From contig JAEWOJ010000018.1 of the NCBI GenBank assembly GCA_023399815.1, positions 6,454-70,453 of the forward strand: DNA of 64,000 bases, read 5' to 3'. This DNA is from Pseudomonadota bacterium. GTDB lineage: Bacteria > Pseudomonadota > Gammaproteobacteria > Xanthomonadales > Xanthomonadaceae. Each line of letters starts with the position of its first letter. The stretch's first letter is position 1. Shown here piece after piece: positions 54,049 through 64,000 of this stretch. The notes under the pieces are model-generated. The model saw nothing but the letters and a program-made list of their open reading frames with translations, searched no databases and had not been told where the DNA came from. Both the position numbers and the translations under genes were made by a program.

Positions 54049-55614
54049 ATGACACTCACCATGTTCGACAACCGTTTCCTGCGCGAGCTGCCCGGCGATG
54101 GCGAAACCGGATCGCGCCGCCGCGAGGTCCTGGGCGCGGCCTGGTCGCAGGTGATGCCCACGCCGGTGGCCGCGCCGCGGCTGCTGGCGTATTCGCCCGA
54201 GGTGGCGGCGATGCTGGGCTTCGATGCGGAAACCGTGCAGGCGCCGGGTTTCGCCGAGGTGTTCGGCGGCAACGCGCTGTACGCGGGCATGCAGCCGTGG
54301 GCGGCCAACTATGGCGGGCACCAGTTCGGGCATTGGGCCGGGCAACTGGGCGATGGCCGCGCCATCTCCCTCGGCGAACTGCTGGCCGACGGCCGGCGCT
54401 GGGAACTGCAGCTCAAGGGGGCAGGGCCGACGCCCTATTCGCGCGGCGCCGATGGCCGCGCGGTGCTGCGCTCGTCGATCCGCGAATTCCTGTGCTCCGA
54501 GGCCATGCATCATCTGGGCGTGCCGACCACGCGTGCGCTGAGCCTGGCCGCCACCGGCGAAACGGTGGTGCGCGACATGTTCTACGACGGCCACCCGCGC
54601 GCCGAGCCGGGTGCGGTGGTGTGTAGGGTGGCGCCCTCGTTCATCCGTTTCGGCAGTTTCGAGCTGCCGTCCGCGCGTGGCGACCTGGCGCTGCTGCGGC
54701 AGCTGGTGGATTTCTGCATCGACCGCGATTTCGACCACGATTTTCGGCACCTGCCACCCGGCCCGTCGCGCGATGGCGACTGGTTCGCCGGGATCTGCAC
54801 GCGCACCGCGACGATGGTCGCGCAGTGGATGCGGGTGGGCTTCGTGCACGGGGTGATGAACACCGACAACATGTCCGTCCTCGGCCTGACCATCGACTAC
54901 GGCCCGTATGGCTGGGTGGAGGACTACGACCCGGACTGGACGCCCAACACCACCGACGCGCAGGGCCGCCGCTACCGCTTCGGCACGCAGATGCAGGTGG
55001 CGTACTGGAACCTGGTCCGGCTTGCGCAGGCGTTGTCGCCGTTGTTCGAGGAGACTGCGCAGCTGCAGGCGGGGCTGGATGCCTTCCAGGCGCATTTCGC
55101 CGCGGAAGATCGCCGGCACCTGCTCGCCAAGCTCGGCCTGGGCGACTACCGCGCGGGCGACGAGGCGCTGATGGCGCAGTTCCAGAAGCTGCTGCACGAA
55201 GGCGAGATGGACATGACCCTGGCGTTCCGTGCGCTGGCGGGGATCGATCCTCGCCAACCGGATGCGGCCGCGCTGGAAGAAGCCTTCTATTCGCCGGAGC
55301 GCCGCGCACGGGTGATGCCGGACCTGCTCGACTGGCTGCAGCGCCATGCCGCGCGCGTGCGCGATGCCGGCCTGCCGGCCGAAGCGCGGCGCCGCATCAT
55401 GCAGGCCGCCAACCCGAAATACGTGCTGCGCAACTGGCTGGCGCAGCAGGCCATCGACCGCGCCGAGCAGGGCGATGCCGCCGGCATCGTCGAACTGCTG
55501 GACGTGCTGCGGCACCCCTATGACGAACAACCCGGCCGCGAGGCGTTCGCGCGCCGGCGCCCGGAATGGGCGCGCGAGCGCGCCGGCTGTTCGATGCTCT
55601 CGTGCAGTTCCTGA
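54049..55614 (+). CDS. selO: Protein adenylyltransferase SelO/YdiU
   Basis: [36 protein letters not shown]-terminal SCSS. Confidence 0.96.
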   Translation: MTLTMFDNRFLRELPGDGETGSRRREVLGAAWSQVMPTPVAAPRLLAYSPEVAAMLGFDAETVQAPGFAEVFGGNALYAGMQPWAANYGGHQFGHWAGQLGDGRAISLGELLADGRRWELQLKGAGPTPYSRGADGRAVLRSSIREFLCSEAMHHLGVPTTRALSLAATGETVVRDMFYDGHPRAEPGAVVCRVAPSFIRFGSFELPSARGDLALLRQLVDFCIDRDFDHDFRHLPPGPSRDGDWFAGICTRTATMVAQWMRVGFVHGVMNTDNMSVLGLTIDYGPYGWVEDYDPDWTPNTTDAQGRRYRFGTQMQVAYWNLVRLAQALSPLFEETAQLQAGLDAFQAHFAAEDRRHLLAKLGLGDYRAGDEALMAQFQKLLHEGEMDMTLAFRALAGIDPRQPDAAALEEAFYSPERRARVMPDLLDWLQRHAARVRDAGLPAEARRRIMQAANPKYVLRNWLAQQAIDRAEQGDAAGIVELLDVLRHPYDEQPGREAFARRRPEWARERAGCSMLSCSS

Positions 55615-55646
55615 ATTTCCATCGACGATCCGATTCAAAGACCCCC

Positions 55647-56177
55647 ATGACGAACGCATACCCAGACTGGTCCGGCGCGATCCGCGACGTGGCCGATTTC
55701 CCCAGGCCCGGCATCGGTTTCAAGGACATCACGCCGCTGCTGGCCGATGCCGCCGGTTTCCGCGCGGCGATCATGGCGATGGCCGATCCCTGGCGTGCGT
55801 CCGGGGTGCAGGCGGTGCTGGGCGTCGAGGCGCGCGGCTTCATCCTCGGCGCCGCGCTGGCCCTGGAACTGGGCGCTGGCTTCGTGCCGGTGCGCAAGCC
55901 GGGCAAGCTGCCCGGCGCCACCCTGATGCAGGAATACGCGCTGGAATACGGCAGCGACCGCATCGAGGTCTGCGCCGGCGCCATCGCGCCGGGCACGCGG
56001 GTGCTGCTGGTCGACGACGTGCTGGCGACCGGCGGCACGCTCGCCGCGGCGCTGCTGCTGGCGCATCGGCTCGCGGCCGAGGTGCTGGGCGCGGCGGTGC
56101 TGGTGGAACTGGACGGGCTGGGTGGTCGCCAGCGCTGGCCCGATGGCCTGCCGCTGCAGGCCACGCTGGTGTATTGA
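55647..56177 (+). CDS. apt: Adenine phosphoribosyltransferase
   Basis: [34 protein letters not shown]. Confidence 0.96.
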   Translation: MTNAYPDWSGAIRDVADFPRPGIGFKDITPLLADAAGFRAAIMAMADPWRASGVQAVLGVEARGFILGAALALELGAGFVPVRKPGKLPGATLMQEYALEYGSDRIEVCAGAIAPGTRVLLVDDVLATGGTLAAALLLAHRLAAEVLGAAVLVELDGLGGRQRWPDGLPLQATLVY

Positions 56178-56189
56178 GCGTGCCCCACC

Positions 56190-56270
56190 GCAGGAACGGC
56201 CTCAGCCGCGATGGGGCTTCATCGGGAAAGCCCGGTCGCGACTGGCGTCGCTCCTACAGGTCGCTCCCAC
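56190..56270. repeat. GTAG REP (56236-56257) with a degenerate partner
   Basis: TCGCGACTGGCGTCGCTCCTAC is identical to the REP at 20474-20495. Confidence 0.8.
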
Positions 56271-56298
56271 GACAGGGGCGGGGAACGACACTACATCT

Positions 56299-57675
<1,377 letters not shown>

Positions 57676-57995
57676 GCGCCATTTTCGCAGATGCGGCGGG
57701 CAATGGTGGTGCCGGTCTTGAGATCGGTGGGCGCCGCCGCCATGTCGACGAGGTCGAAAATGGTGGGCCGGCGTGGTGAGCCCCGGCCAGTTGCAGGGGA
57801 CGCTGCCCCGGCAACCACAATCCAGCCCATGCGGGCCGCGGACCACGACGGAGGGCGGGCGTGCGCCGTTTTCCTGTCGTGGGCCGTGGGCTGGCCGCAC
57901 CGGATCGCATCCGGGCGGCGTTCCGACCGCGTTGCGGGAACCTGCGTTGCGTCCTTTGCCGCGCCCACGGCATTCGATGGCTGGAGTTTCCTCTC

Positions 57996-59567
57996 ATGCA
58001 ACGTACTTCCGTGTTGATCGTCGGCGGCAGCCTGGTCGGGCTGTCCGCTTCGTTGTTCCTCGCCACGCGCGGCGTGGCGCACGTGCTGCTGGAAAAGCGC
58101 CCGGGCAGTTCGCCGCACCCGCGCGCGATGGGCTTCACCGAGCGCACGCTCGAACACTACCGGGCGGCCGGCATCGGCGGGCGCATCCCGCAGGTATCGG
58201 CGCAGGCGCGCCTGCGCCGGGTACGGGCCGAGAGCCTGGCCGGGCACTGGGGCGAGGAACTGCCGTGGACACCCGGCGCGCAGGAGACGCCGCCCGGCCT
58301 GTTTTCGCCCTGTACCGGGGCGGCCATCGCGCAGGACACGCTGGAGCCGATCCTGCGCCAGGCCGCCGGCGAGCGCGGCGCGGAACTGCGTTACCGCCAC
58401 GAGCTGCTGGACTGGCACGAGGTCGAGGATGGCGTCGTCGCGCAGGTCGTCGACCGCGCTGCGGGCACGCGCTACCGCGTGCATGCCTGCTACCTGATCG
58501 CCTGCGATGGCGCTGACAGCCCGATCCGGGAGCGCCTGGGCATCGCCCGCGATGGCGTCGGATACCTGCGCACGCTGCGCAGCGTGCTGTTCCGCTGCGA
58601 GGCCGCCGATGCCTGCCTTGCCCGCGGCGTGCAGCAGTTCCAGATCGAACAACCGGGCCTGCATGCCTTCCTGACCAGCTACGGCGACAGTCGCTGGGTA
58701 TTGATGTTCGACGACGACCGCGAGCGCAGCGACGAGGAACTGGCGCGGGCGGTGGCCTGCGCGCTGGGCGCGGACCTGCCCTTCGAGCTGATCACCACCG
58801 GGCGCTGGGAAATGGCCGGCCGCATCGCGCGCGACTACCGCAAGGGCCGGGTGTTCCTGGCCGGCGATGCGGCCCATCAGTTGCCGCCCACGCGCGGCGG
58901 GTTCGGCGCCAACACCGGCATCGACGACGTCCACAACCTGGCGTGGAAGCTGCAACTGGTGCTGCAAGGCACCGCCACGCCGGCGTTGCTGGACAGCTAC
59001 AGCGCCGAACGCCAGCCGATCGGCTGGCTGCGTCACCAGCAGACCTTCGCCCGTCCGGACTACGCGCGGTGGCTGCGGACGCCGTTGCAGGAGGTGACGT
59101 TGTACGGCAACGCGGCGATGGAACTGGGCCAGTTGCAGCGTTCGTCCGTCATTCCCGCCGCCGGGCCGGAGCTGCCGCCGGCGGATGAGCCCGACGCGTG
59201 GGCCGGCCAGCCCGGCACGCGCGCCCCGCACGCCTGGGTGCGACACGGCGGCAAAGAGGTTTCGACGCTGGACCTGTTCGGCGATGGCTTCGTGCTGCTC
59301 AGCGGGCAGCCGCAGTGGCTGGTTGCCGGGCGCGAGGTGGCGGCCCGGCTGGGCCTGCCGCTGGCGACGGTGCAGGTCGGCCCGGACGTGACGTTCGCGC
59401 CGCCGGAGGAAATCCGGGTCCGCTTCGGCGTGGGGGAGCAGGGAGCGGTGCTGGTGCGTCCCGACGGAGTGGTCGCCTGGCGCTGGCCGGACGCAGCGGG
59501 AGAGGCGCCGGGGCCTGCGGTCCAATTGGCGGATGCGCTGCGCACGGCGGCGTGCCTGGCCGGCTGA
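57996..59567 (+). CDS. FAD-dependent aromatic-type monooxygenase (PheA/TfdB/RdmE-like)
   Basis: GGSLVG, ACDGADS, AGDAAH..PP..GFGANTGIDDVHNLAWKL, LVRPDG. Confidence 0.9.
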   Translation: MQRTSVLIVGGSLVGLSASLFLATRGVAHVLLEKRPGSSPHPRAMGFTERTLEHYRAAGIGGRIPQVSAQARLRRVRAESLAGHWGEELPWTPGAQETPPGLFSPCTGAAIAQDTLEPILRQAAGERGAELRYRHELLDWHEVEDGVVAQVVDRAAGTRYRVHACYLIACDGADSPIRERLGIARDGVGYLRTLRSVLFRCEAADACLARGVQQFQIEQPGLHAFLTSYGDSRWVLMFDDDRERSDEELARAVACALGADLPFELITTGRWEMAGRIARDYRKGRVFLAGDAAHQLPPTRGGFGANTGIDDVHNLAWKLQLVLQGTATPALLDSYSAERQPIGWLRHQQTFARPDYARWLRTPLQEVTLYGNAAMELGQLQRSSVIPAAGPELPPADEPDAWAGQPGTRAPHAWVRHGGKEVSTLDLFGDGFVLLSGQPQWLVAGREVAARLGLPLATVQVGPDVTFAPPEEIRVRFGVGEQGAVLVRPDGVVAWRWPDAAGEAPGPAVQLADALRTAACLAG

Positions 59568-59601
59568 GGCTGTAGCCGCTCCGATGGGCGTGCGGAAGGG
59601 T

Positions 59602-60654
59602 TCACACCATCATCCGCACGCCCAGGTTCAGCAGCAGCCCGCCCCCCAGCAGCCAGGCGAACAGCAGCGCCGCCAGCAGCATCGGCCGCGGGCCGGCCCG
59701 GCGCAGCGCCGAGACGTGGGTGGTCAGGCCCAGCGCGGCCATCGCCATGGCCAGCAGCACGGTGTCCAGCCCGACCAGCGCATCGACCAGCCCGGCCGGC
59801 AGCCACTGCAGCGAATTGAACGCGATCACGCCGATGAAGCCGAACGCGAACCACGGGACGCGGATCTTCGTGCCTGGCCGGCCCATGCCCTGGCCGCGCG
59901 CCAGCCATGCCGACAGGCCGAGCAGGAACGGCGCCAGCATCATCACCCGCACCATCTTGGCGATGACCGCGGCGTCGGCGGCCGGCTGGCCGATGGCGCG
60001 GCCGGCCGCCACCACCTGCGCCACCTCGTGCACGGTGGAGCCGGTGAACACGCCGAAGCCGGCCTCGTCCAGCGGCATCCAGCCGGCGGCCACGCCCCAC
60101 CGGTAGAGCAGCGGATACAGGAACATCGCCAGCGTGCCGAACACCACCACGGTCGCCACGGCAACGGCCACCTGCTCGGTGCGTCCCCTGACCACCGGCT
60201 CGGCGGCCATCACCGCAGCGGCGCCGCAGATGGAGCTGCCGGCGCCGATCAGCAGCGCGGTATCGCGTTCCAGTCCCAGCACGCGGGTGCCCAGCCATGC
60301 CGCCAGCGCGAAGGTGGAGCACAGCACCAGCGCATCGATCATCACGCCGGTGGCGCCGACCTGACCGATGTCCTGCAGGGTCAGGCGCAGGCCGTAGAGG
60401 ACGATCCCGGCGCGCAGCAGCGTGGCCTTGGAGATGCCGACGCCGATGGCCGCGCGCGGCGCCAGCGCGCCGTAGGTGGTATTGCCCAGGGCGATGCCGA
60501 TCACGATGGCCAGCGTCAGCGCGCCGATGCCGTGGGCCTGCATCCATGGCAGGGCGCCGAGCCAGAGGGACAGGCCGGAGATGGCGGCGGTCAGCAGCAG
60601 GCCGGGGAGCGGGGAAGGCCGGGCCGGAGCCAGCCCTTGCGTGGCGGTGTTCAT
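59602..60654 (-). CDS. yeiH: YeiH-family putative sulfur-compound exporter
   Basis: LRAGIVLYG, GSSICGAAAV, HEVAQV, KMVRVMML. Confidence 0.93.
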   Translation of the reverse strand: MNTATQGLAPARPSPLPGLLLTAAISGLSLWLGALPWMQAHGIGALTLAIVIGIALGNTTYGALAPRAAIGVGISKATLLRAGIVLYGLRLTLQDIGQVGATGVMIDALVLCSTFALAAWLGTRVLGLERDTALLIGAGSSICGAAAVMAAEPVVRGRTEQVAVAVATVVVFGTLAMFLYPLLYRWGVAAGWMPLDEAGFGVFTGSTVHEVAQVVAAGRAIGQPAADAAVIAKMVRVMMLAPFLLGLSAWLARGQGMGRPGTKIRVPWFAFGFIGVIAFNSLQWLPAGLVDALVGLDTVLLAMAMAALGLTTHVSALRRAGPRPMLLAALLFAWLLGGGLLLNLGVRMMV

Positions 60655-60702
60655 GACGGATGGTTATCAGGAGGTGGCCCATCCTGATCCCAAGACGATC
60701 AC

Positions 60703-60744
60703 CCGTAAAACAGATAGTATTCGTATGAATAACCTGTTTTACGG
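60703..60744. promoter_or_regulatory. Inverted repeat between divergent yeiH and yeiE
   Basis: CCGTAAAACAG-N20-CTGTTTTACGG. Confidence 0.65.
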
Positions 60745-60751
60745 ATAGATC

Positions 60752-61651
60752 ATGCATCTCTCCCTGCGCCAGTTGCAGATCTTCTCGGCCATCGCCGAGG
60801 CGGGAACGACCACCGCCGCGGGCGACGCCATCGTCCTGTCGCAGTCGGCGGTGAGCGCGGCATTGAGCGAACTGGAGAGCCTGCTGGGGCTGGCGCTGTT
60901 CGACCGGGTCGGGCGGCGGCTGGTGCTCAATGGCCATGGCCGTGCGCTGCTGCCGCAGGCGCGCGCCCTGCTGGCAGGCATGGACGACATCGAACGCCGT
61001 TTCCGCCGGGGCGACGAAACCGCCGCGCCGGTGCGCTGGCGGGTCGGGGCCAGCACCACGATCGGCAACTACCTGATGCCGGCGCGCATCGCCGACCTGC
61101 GCGACGGCAACGAGCAGGCCCACGTCGATCTGGTGATCGGCAATACCCGCGAGATGATCGCTGCGGTGCAGAGGCTGGAAGTGGACATCGGCCTGATCGA
61201 GGGGCCGTGCCACGAGCCGGGGCTGGAGGTGGTGCCCTGGCGCGAGGACGAGCTGGTCGTCGTGTACGGCGAGCGCCATCCGCAGGCGGACGCACTGCGC
61301 GGAGGCGCGGACATGGCGCGCCTCCGCGCAGCCTGCTGGCTGCTGCGCGAGCCCGGTTCCGGCACCCGCGAGGCAGCCGAGCAGGCGCTGCTGCCGCATC
61401 TGCATGGTTTTGCCGAAGTGCTGCAACTGGGTGGCACCGAAGCGATCAAGCAGGGCGCGGTGGCCGGGCTCGGCCTGGCCTGCCTGTCGCGGCATGCGGT
61501 GGCCGACCTGGTCGCGCTGGGACGGCTGCATGCACTGGCCACGCCGCTGCCGCCGCTGCGGCGCCAGCTGTGGGCGGTGCGGCATCCCGGCAAGCGGGTG
61601 CCGGCCAGCCTGCGCCGGTTGCTGGCATTGACGCCGGACGTCTTCGCGTAG
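60752..61651 (+). CDS. yeiE: LysR regulator YeiE-like
   Basis: LSQSAVSAAL, GASTTIGNY, LIEGPC, REPGSGTR. Confidence 0.9.
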   Translation: MHLSLRQLQIFSAIAEAGTTTAAGDAIVLSQSAVSAALSELESLLGLALFDRVGRRLVLNGHGRALLPQARALLAGMDDIERRFRRGDETAAPVRWRVGASTTIGNYLMPARIADLRDGNEQAHVDLVIGNTREMIAAVQRLEVDIGLIEGPCHEPGLEVVPWREDELVVVYGERHPQADALRGGADMARLRAACWLLREPGSGTREAAEQALLPHLHGFAEVLQLGGTEAIKQGAVAGLGLACLSRHAVADLVALGRLHALATPLPPLRRQLWAVRHPGKRVPASLRRLLALTPDVFA

Positions 61652-61721
61652 GCCGGGGCAACGCCTCCGGCGCTTCATGCACGCGCTGGAAAGCCGGTCG
61701 GGGATGTAACCCCCGACCTAC
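61648..61721. repeat. GTAG REP doublet of the 14814 family
   Basis: GTAGGCCGGGG ... GTCGGGGATGTAACCCCCGACCTAC. Confidence 0.8.
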
Positions 61722-61750
61722 GCTGCTGTTGCAGCCCGTACAATGCGCGC

Positions 61751-63628
<1,878 letters not shown>

Positions 63629-63653
63629 GCTGCCGCCACCGCCGCGCGTCCCT

Positions 63654-63731
63654 GTAGGAGCGGCTTCAGCCGCGATCGCCGGCCCAAGAGACATCGCAGC
63701 TGACCCTGTTCGCGGCTGAAGCCGCTCCTAC
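63654..63731. repeat. GTAG REP doublet (GTAGGAGCGGCTTCAGCCGCGA inverted pair)
   Basis: Perfect inverted arms between convergent genes. Confidence 0.88.
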
Positions 63732-63765
63732 ACGGGCCAGCTGATCAGCTGCGCGTGCCAGCGCT

Positions 63766-63999
63766 CTACTCGCGCAATCGCGGCACACCGTGCGCGTCCC
63801 GGTCCTCGAACACCGCCGGGTCGGCGATCTGTCCGTGCAGTTCGCGTGGCGGCACGGGCACGACCGCCTGGCCGCGGCTTGCGGCCAGCGCGTTGGCGTA
63901 GCACTGCCAGGCGCGTCCGTCGTCGCCGCTGCGGGCGTAGCCATCGCCCAGGGTTTCCCAGGCATCGCTGCCGCCACCCTGTGCGAGCGCGCGATGCAG
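63766..63999 (-). CDS. C-terminus of a TPR protein, HemY-like (runs off window; not in the ORF track)
   Basis: Own translation LHRALAQGGGSDAWETLGDGY...QCYANAL...EDRDAHGVPRLRE*. Confidence 0.65.
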   Translation of the reverse strand: MHRALAQGGGSDAWETLGDGYARSGDDGRAWQCYANALAASRGQAVVPVPPRELHGQIADPAVFEDRDAHGVPRLRE

Positions 64000-64000
64000 C

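Noticed and set aside
55590..55640. Selenocysteine readthrough at the selO TGA
   Set aside because: The protein ends in the usual bacterial Cys-type CSS; no convincing SECIS hairpin, and apt starts shortly after
57676..57995. Extended starts for dbpA (57900) and the monooxygenase (57861)
   Set aside because: The extensions are low-complexity and overlap each other; family similarity begins at 57675 and 57996

Overview
High-GC chromosomal window from a Xanthomonadaceae bacterium; gene order resembles Stenotrophomonas/Pseudoxanthomonas. It is mostly conserved housekeeping DNA: the Entner-Doudoroff cluster (zwf-glk-pgl-edd-eda), ygfZ/DUF1674-sdhCDAB-sdhE-ygfX-lolC/E-lolD, yggX-mutY-ftsY, htpG, rsmD-coaD, ggt, upp, a SmeVWX-type RND efflux locus, queA-tgt-yajC-secDF, fabV, fimX, a cold-shock gene, selO-apt, dbpA, yeiH/yeiE and uup. 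One small lower-GC insert (~25.8-28.1 kb) carries HxlR, SnoaL and SDR genes and ends in a frameshifted LysR gene resembling that of Tn4371-family ICEs. I saw no rRNA, tRNA, CRISPR array, integrase or transposase. The most unusual signals are intergenic. (1) A ~130 bp BoxC-like composite repeat has 6 complete copies plus fragments. Each copy is either empty or carries one or both of two structured ~75 bp modules at fixed positions, and one module has CsrA/RsmA-type GGA hairpin loops. (2) GTAG-type REP doublets have captured the 3' end of yggX and show 12-bp terminal stutter. (3) An orphan miniature flagellar rod/hook-like gene lies directly behind a near-consensus sigma28 promoter. All identities come from recognising motifs and sequence by eye; no database search was run.
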